Part shown: positions 9,455 through 19,095 of the stretch, piece by piece
How the letters are laid out: every line of letters begins with the position of its first letter
How positions within the stretch are numbered: position 1 is the stretch's first letter
Source of the DNA: an uncultured bacterium
GTDB taxonomy: Bacteria > Verrucomicrobiota > Verrucomicrobiia > Verrucomicrobiales > DEV007
Length of the DNA: 64,000 nucleotides
Direction: 5' to 3'
NCBI GenBank assembly: GCA_963977015.1
Contig: CAXBMO010000012.1
Span: 122,730 to 186,729, forward strand
Translations under genes and position numbers: made by a program
Notes under the pieces: model-generated
Databases searched by the model: none
What the model saw: only the letters and a program-made list of their open reading frames with translations
What the model was told of the DNA's origin: nothing

Positions 9455-10198
9455 ATGTCACGCATGCTCAAATTGCCCGGTTTCGTGCTGCTTCTTCACG
9501 TCGCGCTGCTGCTCAGCGTTGACGCGAAGCCCACCGAGTGGCCGTTGAAGGACGGAAACAGCTATTTTGGCGAGGCGGTGAGCTACAGTTTCACCACGAA
9601 GCAGGTCGGCCTGCGCAAGGCGGATGGCAAGGAGCACCTGTTTCCCGCAAAGGAACTCGCGATTTCCGGCAAGTTGCAGTTGATGGGTTCCCCGGCGTTC
9701 GGCGAGGCGCTCAAGGGATACAAGCCGCCCTTTATTCCCACGCTCGTCTGGATTTTCGGGAGTCTGCTTGCCCTGTGTTTCCCGGTCATTGTCGGGCTGT
9801 GGGGCAGTGCTCATGTCTTGGGAGCGGTCAGCACCATGCCTCGTCATCTGATTGGAGTGGGCAAACTCGTGTTGCTCGTGGTGATTCAGGTCGTGGGATG
9901 GCTGGTTCTTTCGATCGTGCTCGACTCCGAGCGTCCGATTATTCCCGACAAAAACGCGGATATCGTCCTGTTGATCACGGTGGGGATTTTGGGCCTGATT
10001 GTGACCTCGGTGGTGCTTTCCCTGCATTATCACCTGCGATTCATGAAGGGAATGGCGATTGCGCTGCTTTCCGGCGTTTTCGGCGGGATTGTGGCGACGG
10101 CGATGCTTCTCGGCGGCCTGTTTTTGGTCACGCGGATGGAGACGCCGATGGAGACATTGGCAACAAAACTTGTTTTTGAGCCGTTTGGATGGTTTTAA
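9455..10198 (+). CDS. Membrane protein with an N-terminal SHD1-like domain and about 4 TM helices
   Basis: Signal peptide, then EWPLKDGNSYFGEAV...VGLRKADGKEHLFPAKELA (SHD1-like), then hydrophobic helices; promoter TTGTTC-17-TAAAAT sits 7 nt before ATG 9455. Confidence 0.65.
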   Translation: MSRMLKLPGFVLLLHVALLLSVDAKPTEWPLKDGNSYFGEAVSYSFTTKQVGLRKADGKEHLFPAKELAISGKLQLMGSPAFGEALKGYKPPFIPTLVWIFGSLLALCFPVIVGLWGSAHVLGAVSTMPRHLIGVGKLVLLVVIQVVGWLVLSIVLDSERPIIPDKNADIVLLITVGILGLIVTSVVLSLHYHLRFMKGMAIALLSGVFGGIVATAMLLGGLFLVTRMETPMETLATKLVFEPFGWF

Positions 10199-10207
10199 TC
10201 AGGCGCC

Positions 10208-10528
10208 ATGGACGCGCTGCTCACCGATGTTTGGGATCTCTTCCTGTTTTTGTTTAAGAACAACGGCTCACTGCTGCTGACCTTGGTCGGACTATCGGGC
10301 CTCTACCTTTGTCGCAAACATCATGACCGGATGCCGCGGGTTTCGCGTCGTGTCAGCGTGGCCAGCTTCATCCTGCTGCTGCGGAGCGTCTTCATCCCGT
10401 TCATCATTTTCTATATTCCGGTGACGATGCAGTTCACCGGCTTTGAGCAGCTCTACAAGCTGATCTATCTCATTCTCGAGGCGATCGCCTTCTGGCTCAT
10501 CATGTCGGTCGCCTTTCGCGATCAATAA
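10208..10528 (+). CDS. Small hypothetical membrane protein
   Basis: 106 aa with three hydrophobic segments; 9 nt downstream of the previous stop. Confidence 0.55.
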   Translation: MDALLTDVWDLFLFLFKNNGSLLLTLVGLSGLYLCRKHHDRMPRVSRRVSVASFILLLRSVFIPFIIFYIPVTMQFTGFEQLYKLIYLILEAIAFWLIMSVAFRDQ

Positions 10529-10546
10529 CCGGCGCAAACATCGTTC

Positions 10547-10972
10547 TTACTCGTTCGCTCTGAGGGCTTTGAGGAACTGCTGATCTTCCCGCGACAGGTC
10601 GTTGATTTCGTAGCGATATTCGTTTCCGCCCGCCTCCAGGCGAACCTGGGTTTCCGACATTCCGCGGAGAATCGCCGTAATCTTCTGGCCCTTCCGATTG
10701 GTGAAAACGCGCTCAATGTTGTAGGCGGAATAGCCTTCGGTCATGCCTTTGTGCCCCTCCTTTTCCGGCATGGTTCCCGGTTTCCAGAAGCCGACTTCAT
10801 CGCGGTTCCTATCGGCGGCGATCGCGCGCTCCAACTCGACGTCCCGCGTTTTGTTCGCTTCGTGCGCGGCAAGTTGAGTGTCGACTCCCTCGGAGAAAAA
10901 CACCGAGAACGCGTAAAAAGCTCCCAAAACGAGAAGCCCGAGGATGACAGCGCCTCCGATGATCTCTTTCAT
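10547..10972 (-). CDS. Membrane-anchored protein with a C-terminal SHD1-like domain
   Basis: N-terminal TM; RVFTNRKGQKITAIL...VRLE...INDLSREDQQFL matches the SHD1 pattern (RxWTDxxGxxIxA...LSxxDQxYV). Confidence 0.7.
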   Translation of the reverse strand: MKEIIGGAVILGLLVLGAFYAFSVFFSEGVDTQLAAHEANKTRDVELERAIAADRNRDEVGFWKPGTMPEKEGHKGMTEGYSAYNIERVFTNRKGQKITAILRGMSETQVRLEAGGNEYRYEINDLSREDQQFLKALRANE

Positions 10973-11224
10973 GGCGATAGTCTGCCTGTCATTGACCTGC
11001 GTTGGCAACCCTGAATCAGCTCTGCCCTATCAAGTTGCCGGGTTTCCTGATGCTCGTCGATTTCATCCAGGGTTGCGGCCAGAAGTCGCTACTTGCGGCG
11101 AAGGAAGCGGCTGATGGTCCCGTCCAAGCCTGGGAGAACACCCCAAAGTTCAACTTGGTACTTGCAAGGTTCTTCGAAAAGTAGCAATCTCCGGCGTACT
11201 TTCGTTAATCTCTCCTAAATTTCC

Positions 11225-12358
11225 ATGTCGGAAACGTCAAAATCTCTCAAACAGAAGAGTCGCGAGAAAGTGGCTCAGTGGAAAAAACTGGTCGCCGAAT
11301 TCCAAAAGTCCTGTCCGAAAAAGGCTTCCTGGCAACTGGTCAATACCCTGGGTTCCTACGTCGCGCTTTGGACGCTGATGTATTTCGCGCTCAAGGTTTC
11401 CTGGTGGCTCGCCATTCCCCTCGCGATTGTCGCAGGCGGCATCGTGATTCGCGCCTTCATCATTTTGCACGACTGCGGGCACGGCTCCTTCTTCAAATCC
11501 AAACAGGCGAACGACTTCTGGGGCGCGGTCTGTGGGTTCATCACCTTCACTCCCTACCATCACTGGCGCTGGGAACACAGTATCCATCATGCCACTTCGG
11601 GCGATCTCGATCGCCGGGGCGTCGGCGATATCTGGACCATGACGGTGGAAGAGTACAAGGAATCCTCCAAATTGCTTCAGTTCGGTTATCGGCTGGTCCG
11701 CAACCCCATCGTTCTCTTTGTGATCGGGCCGATCTATCTCTTTGTCCTGCGGGAACGCTTTCCTCAGTCGAGAGCGGGTATTCAGCAGCGGAATTCCGTG
11801 TATTTCACCAATATCGCCCTGCTCTGCATCGCGATTGCCTTGAGTTTGACCTTCGGGCTCTGGACGTATCTCATTCTTCAATTCATCATCATCGCGGTTG
11901 CGAGTGCCTCCGGTGTTTGGCTCTTTTATGTTCAGCACCAGTTTGAGGATGCCTATTGGGAGAACTCCGAAAATTGGGACTACACCGAAGCGGCGATCAA
12001 AGGCAGTTCGTTCTACAAGCTTCCCAGGGTTCTCCAGTGGTTCTCCGGAAACATCGGTTTTCACCACATTCATCACCTCAGCCCGGGAATTCCCAATTAC
12101 AATCTGGAGCGGTGTCACCATTCCGACCCAATGTTCAAGAACGTCAAGCCGCTCACGTTCTTCAAGAGTTTCAAGTCGATGACCTATCGTCTCTGGGACG
12201 AGGCTGGGAAGAAGCTCATCACCTTCCAGGAATTCCGGAATCTTCGGAAAGAGGAGATCAAGACTCAAAAGGAAGAGGCGGAAAAAGCTGCCCGCCTTCG
12301 CAAAGAGCGCGCGGAAGAGGATGTTGCGGTGGGAAGAGCCCATCGCGACCTCATGTAG
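11225..12358 (+). CDS. Membrane fatty acid desaturase (Bacillus Des-like)
   Basis: Three His boxes HDCGH, HSIHH, HHIHH; YVQHQFE motif. Confidence 0.9.
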   Translation: MSETSKSLKQKSREKVAQWKKLVAEFQKSCPKKASWQLVNTLGSYVALWTLMYFALKVSWWLAIPLAIVAGGIVIRAFIILHDCGHGSFFKSKQANDFWGAVCGFITFTPYHHWRWEHSIHHATSGDLDRRGVGDIWTMTVEEYKESSKLLQFGYRLVRNPIVLFVIGPIYLFVLRERFPQSRAGIQQRNSVYFTNIALLCIAIALSLTFGLWTYLILQFIIIAVASASGVWLFYVQHQFEDAYWENSENWDYTEAAIKGSSFYKLPRVLQWFSGNIGFHHIHHLSPGIPNYNLERCHHSDPMFKNVKPLTFFKSFKSMTYRLWDEAGKKLITFQEFRNLRKEEIKTQKEEAEKAARLRKERAEEDVAVGRAHRDLM

Positions 12359-12385
12359 AATTATTTCTTCTGCAGCAGCCTGCCA

Positions 12386-14104
12386 ATGCCCAAGAAGCCC
12401 GAAGAGCTCCGCAGCTATCGCTGGTTCGGTCCCGATGACCTTCGGTCCTTCGGTCACCGTTCCCGAGCCAAGCAAATGGGGTATTCCCGCGAGGATTACC
12501 AAGGCAAGCCGGTCATCGGCATTCTCAACACCTGGAGCGATCTTCAGACCTGTCACACCCATTTTCGCGACCGGGCGGAAGAGGTAAAACGCGGCGTTTG
12601 GCAATCCGGCGGGTTTCCGCTCGAGGTGCCGATCATGACGTTGAGTGAAACCTACATGAAGCCGACGTCGATGTATTTTCGCAATCTGGTGGCGATGGAA
12701 GTGGAGGAGACGCTGCGGTGTTATCCGCTCGACGGTGCGATTTTGATGGGCGGCTGCGACAAAACCGTGCCCGCCCTGCTCATGGGAGCGTTGAGCGCGG
12801 ATTTGCCGAGCATCTTTCTGCCCTGCGGCCCGATGCTGAAAGGTGGCTGGAAGGGCAACACGCTCGGAAGCGGCAGTGACGTTTGGAAATATTGGGCCGA
12901 GCGCTGTGCCGGGAATCTTTGCGAAGACGCCTGGCGCGAGCTGGAAGACGGCATCGCGCGGTCGCCGGGCCATTGCATGACGATGGGAACCGCTTCGACC
13001 ATGGGCGCGGTGGCCGAGACGCTGGGATTTTGCCTTCCGGGATCGACATCCATTCCCGCCGTTCATTCGGAACACGCAGCGATGGCAACGCGTTGTGGTC
13101 GTCGCATCGTGGAAATGGTCTGGGAAGACCTGAAGCCGTCGCAAATTGCCACGAAGGAAGCATTTGATAACGCGATTCGCGCGGACATGGCAATTGGCGG
13201 TTCCACCAACGCCATTGTTCACCTCATCGCGATGGCCGGTCGCGCCAACGTCAAACTGACGATTGATCGGTTCGACGAGATTTCACATCAAATCCAGGTG
13301 TTGGCCAATCTCCGTCCCAATGGCGAATTTTTGATGGAGGATTTCTACGACGCGGGCGGTCTTCGCGCCCTGCTCGACCGGATTCGCAATCACCTCGATC
13401 TCGATTGCCTCACCATCACCGGAAAAACGCTCGGCGAGAATCTGGAAGGCGCCGAAGTTTACAACGAAGACGTGATTCGTCCGACGGATCGTCCCATTTC
13501 CAAGGCCGGCGCCACCTTCGTCCTGCGCGGCAACCTCGCGCCGGATGGTTGCGTCATCAAGCCCACTGCCGCTGAACCACATCTCCTCAAGCACCGCGGT
13601 CCCGCCGTCGTCTTCGCCAATTACGCCGATCTCAAGGCTCGGATTGACGAGCCCGATCTCGAAGTGACCAAGGATTCCGTCATCGTCCTACAAAGCGCCG
13701 GGCCGCTCGGCGCGGGAATGCCCGAATGGGGCATGCTCCCGATTCCGAAGAAGCTGCTCGAGCAAGGCGTTCGCGACATGGTCCGCATCTCCGACAGTCG
13801 GATGAGCGGGACGAGTTACGGCACCTGCGTTCTTCACGTTTCGCCGGAAAGCCACATCGGCGGCCCGCTCGCGTTTGTCCAGACCGGCGATTTCATCGAG
13901 CTCGACGTCGAAGCCCGCAAGATCCACCTCGACGTCAGCGACGAAGAGTTGGAGAAGCGCAAAGCCGCCTGGACCGCCCCCGAACGCAAGTTCAACCGAG
14001 GCTACGGCAAACTCTTCGCCGAAGAGATCACCCAAGCTCACGAAGGCTGCGACTTCCGCTTCCTCCACGGGCAGACTCCGGATGCGGAGCCGGATATTTA
14101 TTGA
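12386..14104 (+). CDS. IlvD/Edd-family sugar-acid dehydratase (L-arabinonate dehydratase-like)
   Basis: GGCDKT, GHCMTMGTASTM, GGSTNA, GMPEWG, RISDSRMSGTSYG; C-terminal GCDF motif. Confidence 0.9.
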   Translation: MPKKPEELRSYRWFGPDDLRSFGHRSRAKQMGYSREDYQGKPVIGILNTWSDLQTCHTHFRDRAEEVKRGVWQSGGFPLEVPIMTLSETYMKPTSMYFRNLVAMEVEETLRCYPLDGAILMGGCDKTVPALLMGALSADLPSIFLPCGPMLKGGWKGNTLGSGSDVWKYWAERCAGNLCEDAWRELEDGIARSPGHCMTMGTASTMGAVAETLGFCLPGSTSIPAVHSEHAAMATRCGRRIVEMVWEDLKPSQIATKEAFDNAIRADMAIGGSTNAIVHLIAMAGRANVKLTIDRFDEISHQIQVLANLRPNGEFLMEDFYDAGGLRALLDRIRNHLDLDCLTITGKTLGENLEGAEVYNEDVIRPTDRPISKAGATFVLRGNLAPDGCVIKPTAAEPHLLKHRGPAVVFANYADLKARIDEPDLEVTKDSVIVLQSAGPLGAGMPEWGMLPIPKKLLEQGVRDMVRISDSRMSGTSYGTCVLHVSPESHIGGPLAFVQTGDFIELDVEARKIHLDVSDEELEKRKAAWTAPERKFNRGYGKLFAEEITQAHEGCDFRFLHGQTPDAEPDIY

Positions 14105-14211
14105 TCAATTTGCGTCGGGATACGCGTTATCCTGAGCCATTTCAAATAGGGGCTACCGTTGGTCGTAATTTCCCAGTCCTGTAAGGACGCTCGAAGGTTT
14201 CTGGCATCCTT

Positions 14212-17200
14212 CTACTGATCAACCGTCTCCTTCTTGCCATCATCATCCACACTCGTCTCGACATTCCAAAGCCGGATAGTGTTGTCGTCTGAAGCACTCG
14301 CGAGTCGCGTCCCGTCCGGGCTCCAGGCCACGCTCATGACTGAATTGGAGTGGCCTGTGAGGGGGGCGCCGATGGCATCCCCACTAACTGCGTCCCAGAG
14401 CCGGATCGTCTCATCGTCCGAAGCGCTGGCGAGCCGGGTTCCGTCCGGGCTCCATGCCACGCTGTTGACCGAATCGGAGTGACCGGTGAGAGGGTCGCCG
14501 ATCGCGGCCCCGCTGGCCGCGTCCCAGAGCCGGATCGTGTTATCTACTGAACCGCTCACGAACCGGGTTCCGTCCGGACTCCAAGCCACGCTCATGACCC
14601 AAAAGGAGTGGCCGGTGAAGGGCTCGCCGATGGCGGCCCCGCTAGCTGCGTCCCAAAGCCGGATCGTGTTATCACGTGAAGCGCTCACGAGTCGGTTCCC
14701 GTTCGGGCTCCAAGCCACGCTCATGACTGAATCGGAGTGGCCGGTGAGGGGTTCGCCGATCGGGTCGCCGCTCGCTGTGTCCCAGAGCCGGATCGTGTTA
14801 TCACGTGAAGCGCTGGCGAGCTGTCTCCCATCTGGGCTCCAAGCCACGCTCATGACCCAAAAGTGGCCGGTGAGGGGCTCGCCAATCGCAGTCCCGCTCG
14901 CTGCGTTCCACAGCCGGATCGTGTCATCAACTGAACCACTCACGAGCCGGGTCCCATCCGGGCTCCAGGCCACGCTTTTGACCCAGAAGGAGTGGCCGGT
15001 GAGGGGCTCGCCAATCGCGGCCCCGCTCGCTGCGTCCCAGAGCCGGATCGTCCCATCGTCTGAGGTGCTGGCAAGGCGGGTCCCGTCCGGGCTCCAAGCC
15101 ACGCTGTTGACCGAACTGACGTGGCCGCTGAGGTGCAATGAGAAGCTTCGAAAATTTATCCCTGAATTCGTAGAGAGGAATTGGGCGAAATTCCCGCGTA
15201 TGACCAGTTCCGAACCGTTCGGCGAAAATTGCATGTCGTCGCCCCTCCCATAGACCTCTGATTGCACCAAGTGATCTCCCGCCGGCGTCCAGAAACTCAA
15301 ACTGCCGACCGCTTGCTCATTCTTGGCTTGTTTTGCATAGACTGCAAATACCGTCGGCGAACGGCTTGTAAAGGCCAGATTAACTGCCTTCCTGGTAGGG
15401 TCTTGATTCAGTTCTTCGAGAAAAGAAGGCAGTTCCCGTTCCCGAAGCTGCCCTCCTGGTTCCTTCTCAGGGTTCGGGGTGTGGAAAAACTGAACATCTC
15501 CGCCTTCGTCCAGGCTCGCTAGGAAATCTTCCTCAGGATAATGCGGTATCGGCCGATCTCCTGCAAAAGAACGAGCTCTCGCTCGGAAATCGTCCTCAGG
15601 ATAAAAAGCGATCTTCTTCACCGGTTTGCGGTGCGCCCGGGAAATCGCAACCGGCTTCCGGATATCGGTATTCCATACCTGGATGACCCGATTCTCCAGT
15701 CCCACTGCAACGAGAGGAAGCCGAGGATGGAATGCCAGGCAGCGTACCGGTTGGCGGCTGAGGCGGAACTTTTGCAGTTGGCTTCCGGTCTCGATGTTCC
15801 AGAGGACGAAGAAACCGTTCATGGTCCCTCCCGCCAACTGGGTTGCGTTGCTATTGATGGCGACCGCGGAAAGTTCGCCGGCCGGACTTTTCAGAACTTG
15901 GCGCAGGCGCAACTGACCTTCCGGCGTTTCTAGATCGAAAACGGAAATGATCTGGTAATCGCGAACCGCCGCCAGTATCGCCTGCCTTGGAGGCCCCGCA
16001 GCAACGAAATTCCAGGTCTTGTCTGGAGCGGTCAATTCGCTGAGAAATTCGAACGATTCCAAATCCCAGAGCTTGATCCTCCCATTGTCAACGGCCACGA
16101 ACTGCGAGTTGCCTTGTCCATCCGGTTTTGGAACCACGAAGGCCGTGTTCTCGGCGACATTGGCCTTCGGAATTCTGATGAATTCCTGGTAAATAAAGAG
16201 AGTCAGCAAAAAGACGACACCTCCGAGGAATGCAAAGGAAAGCGCGTCGAGGTTGAGGCGGGCCAGCCTGCCCCGCCGTGCACCACGGCTGGCCCTTAAG
16301 ACAGGACGAAAAGCGAGGAAAGTAGCGACGAGCGTTGCGATAAAGCCCCCCAAGATAACCAGGTCCGAGGACCCGGAGAATCCCCAAACGATACTACCGA
16401 TTCCGCCACTAAATAGAAGCGGAGTGACGAATGCGAGCCGATTTCCTTCGCCAAGCTTTGGTAGACTCAGCGTCGCGATCCGGGAACTCTTCCGAGCCTG
16501 CGCTTCGACATTTTTGCGGTGGTCCTCCAACCAGGATGCTCCCGCCTGCGATGAATCGAGGAATTCTACTTCTTCAACTTTTTTGGTCCGGTTGGGTTGA
16601 ATCCGGGTAAGGACATCGTGGGCTTCTTGCAGAGGCGAGAACGCCTTGTAAAAGCCAAAGAGGACTCCCAACAGAGTGAAAAACAACAATGTGAAGAATG
16701 GTGTGTCTTCGCTTGGCAGGAGGAAGTCGGAAGCCCAGGTCAAGCCAATCAGCAGTGCCAATCCCGCCCATCCTAGGGTGCTCGCTCCGAGCGGATGTTC
16801 GGTGGCGCGGGTCAGGCTGAGGGCAAAAAAAATGGCCGTGGCGCTGAGGAAGACGGCGAAAACCAGGGCCGGATGGGCGAACGGCGAATCCCCCGCCCAA
16901 ATGTCCTCTAGCAGCGGGATGGCCCGGGACTGATGCGAAAAGAAGCCGTAAAACCCGGCCAGAACAATGACGGAAAGGCCGAGCAACTCGGTGCCCCAGA
17001 GGTTTTTTCGGCTTCGGGCCGGGTCCCGAAAGCGCAGCGGCCCCAACATCATCGCCAGGCCGGTGAGCGCCAACGCCGGAGAGAGGACATAGGTGGGATT
17101 TTCTTCCACTTCCACCCTAAACATTGCCAATCCACTGAAGAGCAATCCAGTGATGAACCACCCAGCCCGCTTCAAACCGCTGAGGAGGTTTCGCTTCCAC

Positions 17201-18894
17201 GGAACGTTTGCGGCATCGCGCTCTGCACCTTCATCCTCCGCCAGGCGCTTCGCGGAAGTGGTGACGTGGAGGCTGAGCAGCTCGCGAACCGGTTCCTTCT
17301 CGAAATAAGAGGTGTGGATCAGCTCGTCGCCCCGCAGCTCGTCCTGGACGCTGTGGACGACGGCGGACAACTCCGAGGCGCCCCAGGCCAGTTGGGAGAG
17401 CTCGGCCCGGGTTTTGGCGAGGATTTCGGTGGAGCGGCGCCCGATCGCTTCGTTGGCCGAGTCGATCATTTCCTGGTTCACTTCTTTGGGCAGCGGTGGG
17501 TAGCGGTAGCCTTCGACCACGACGGGTCCTTCGGTTACGTCGACCAAGTCGCATCCCAGCCGATTGTGCCCCTGGGCGCCTTTGGCGACGCGGGAGAGGA
17601 GATAGCCGTCGAGCCGCGGGCTGAGAAAACGATTTACCAACGGGGCGAGGAGCATCCGGACGAAGAAGCGGTAAAACCGGATGAAGCGGTCTGATTCGAA
17701 GACTGTTTCCGTGGGAATGGTGAGCCGGGGGACGATTTGTGCTTTGGTGATTTTGGTGGTGCCGCGTAGACCGCTGATGGCTTCGTCCTGTGTGCACCAG
17801 AGCCCGAGCCAGCGGTCGCCAAACTCAAGCATGGCCTGGTTTTTGGCCCGGATTTCGCGATAGACGTTCCGGGCCTCGGTGCGGACGGCTCGGGTGAAGA
17901 GGTAAACGGCGACAAATGGCACCAAAAGAAGCAACACAGCGAAAAATAATTGTGCAATAGCCCAGAATTTATCCAGCGGTGTCGCCGGATCGATGGTTCC
18001 CGGCTTAGTGCTGCCGAGGGCGGCTCGGGCCATTTCCCCGACCGATATTCGGAGGTTATCCAATGGGTTTGTTCCAGTCTGGAGCTTTCCAGCTGGCCCC
18101 GGTAGCTTGGTGTCCCTTGCTGATCGGGAACGGAGAATTTCGGATTCGGGATCTCGTTCGAAGGCGGATGGAGTGGAGTAGTTCGTGGATTCGGAAGGGA
18201 CCCCGATGGTCTGGACCCATTTGAAGACGGGATTGCTTTCGTCGGTCCACCGCTGGAGTTGCCACCAACCGATGAGAACGCTGACGAGGAGGCTGACGAT
18301 GAGCGCCAGGATGGTGGCGGATTTGCCATACCAACTCCCGATTTTTGCGCCTTCGAAGTGGAGGAAAGGCGTGCCAACCGTGGACCAGGATTTGAGGTGC
18401 TTCAGCTTGAGCTGATCCGCGTTTTTGGCCGATTTCCAGCGGCGAAGAACGGATTGTTGCAAGGCATGCCATATGGCGGACCCGCCGTGGCTATGGCCGA
18501 TGAGGTGGTATTCCCGCCCTTCCTTTTCCAGTTCGATGAGCCGGTCAAGGAGGTCGATGCCAGCCTTGTAGCGCTCGCGTTCGGTGTTCTCGCTGGACCA
18601 CTTGAAAGTGCGGAGATGCGGCTTTATCTGGCCATTTTCGTCGAGAGCGTCAGGTTCGTTGGCGAACGCTTTCTCGTCCCCACCCATGACGTAGCCTTCG
18701 GGCTCCAGCCTTTGTTTGAGATCACTCCAAACCGGACTCTTGACCTGCCACCAATCGTTTCCCTCGTCATTGGTTTCCGGAGCACGAACTCCTTGTTCCT
18801 GCCCGTTATTGTCATCCAGGTTCGAAAACGTTCCGTGGATGAGGAGGACGATCGGCTTCTTCGAGTTCGGGATTGGTTCCTGTTGCGCTGCCAC
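14212..18894 (-). CDS. 1560-aa multidomain protein: alpha/beta-hydrolase (lipase-like) + multi-TM region + two WD40 propellers
   Basis: LLIHGTFS, GHSHGG nucleophile motif, STVGTPF, candidate Asp (QDEA) and His (IHTSYF); many TM helices; degenerate WD40 repeats, then seven highly similar WD40 repeats. Confidence 0.8.
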   Translation of the reverse strand: MAAQQEPIPNSKKPIVLLIHGTFSNLDDNNGQEQGVRAPETNDEGNDWWQVKSPVWSDLKQRLEPEGYVMGGDEKAFANEPDALDENGQIKPHLRTFKWSSENTERERYKAGIDLLDRLIELEKEGREYHLIGHSHGGSAIWHALQQSVLRRWKSAKNADQLKLKHLKSWSTVGTPFLHFEGAKIGSWYGKSATILALIVSLLVSVLIGWWQLQRWTDESNPVFKWVQTIGVPSESTNYSTPSAFERDPESEILRSRSARDTKLPGPAGKLQTGTNPLDNLRISVGEMARAALGSTKPGTIDPATPLDKFWAIAQLFFAVLLLLVPFVAVYLFTRAVRTEARNVYREIRAKNQAMLEFGDRWLGLWCTQDEAISGLRGTTKITKAQIVPRLTIPTETVFESDRFIRFYRFFVRMLLAPLVNRFLSPRLDGYLLSRVAKGAQGHNRLGCDLVDVTEGPVVVEGYRYPPLPKEVNQEMIDSANEAIGRRSTEILAKTRAELSQLAWGASELSAVVHSVQDELRGDELIHTSYFEKEPVRELLSLHVTTSAKRLAEDEGAERDAANVPWKRNLLSGLKRAGWFITGLLFSGLAMFRVEVEENPTYVLSPALALTGLAMMLGPLRFRDPARSRKNLWGTELLGLSVIVLAGFYGFFSHQSRAIPLLEDIWAGDSPFAHPALVFAVFLSATAIFFALSLTRATEHPLGASTLGWAGLALLIGLTWASDFLLPSEDTPFFTLLFFTLLGVLFGFYKAFSPLQEAHDVLTRIQPNRTKKVEEVEFLDSSQAGASWLEDHRKNVEAQARKSSRIATLSLPKLGEGNRLAFVTPLLFSGGIGSIVWGFSGSSDLVILGGFIATLVATFLAFRPVLRASRGARRGRLARLNLDALSFAFLGGVVFLLTLFIYQEFIRIPKANVAENTAFVVPKPDGQGNSQFVAVDNGRIKLWDLESFEFLSELTAPDKTWNFVAAGPPRQAILAAVRDYQIISVFDLETPEGQLRLRQVLKSPAGELSAVAINSNATQLAGGTMNGFFVLWNIETGSQLQKFRLSRQPVRCLAFHPRLPLVAVGLENRVIQVWNTDIRKPVAISRAHRKPVKKIAFYPEDDFRARARSFAGDRPIPHYPEEDFLASLDEGGDVQFFHTPNPEKEPGGQLRERELPSFLEELNQDPTRKAVNLAFTSRSPTVFAVYAKQAKNEQAVGSLSFWTPAGDHLVQSEVYGRGDDMQFSPNGSELVIRGNFAQFLSTNSGINFRSFSLHLSGHVSSVNSVAWSPDGTRLASTSDDGTIRLWDAASGAAIGEPLTGHSFWVKSVAWSPDGTRLVSGSVDDTIRLWNAASGTAIGEPLTGHFWVMSVAWSPDGRQLASASRDNTIRLWDTASGDPIGEPLTGHSDSVMSVAWSPNGNRLVSASRDNTIRLWDAASGAAIGEPFTGHSFWVMSVAWSPDGTRFVSGSVDNTIRLWDAASGAAIGDPLTGHSDSVNSVAWSPDGTRLASASDDETIRLWDAVSGDAIGAPLTGHSNSVMSVAWSPDGTRLASASDDNTIRLWNVETSVDDDGKKETVDQ
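14260..15132 (-). repeat. Tandem array of seven ~129-bp WD40-coding repeats
   Basis: Unit LTGHSxxVxSVAWSPDGTRLASxSxDxTIRLWDAASGxAIGEP; DNA units near-identical (CCAGAGCCGGATCGT, GGGCTCCAAGCCACGCT); unit 3 lacks one codon. Confidence 0.95.
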
Positions 18895-19095
18895 GAAAGC
18901 ATCCCAATCGAATCAACCGGCCCTTGCAAGTGTAAAAGATGGTTCGGGGAGAGTCAAGGGACTCCTTGGAATCTAGTAGCACGAGAGGAATATGGGTAGC
19001 GAAGGATTGGCATCAATTTCATTCAGACCCTTCAGCCATGGTAGTCCACTGAGCCTGTCACTTGCAGAGCTCTGTGCGTCCATCTACGGTCGTTC

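Noticed and set aside
14260-15132. Regularly spaced DNA repeats as a CRISPR array
   Set aside because: The units are contiguous 126-129-bp in-frame WD40 repeats with no unique spacers, and there are no cas genes.
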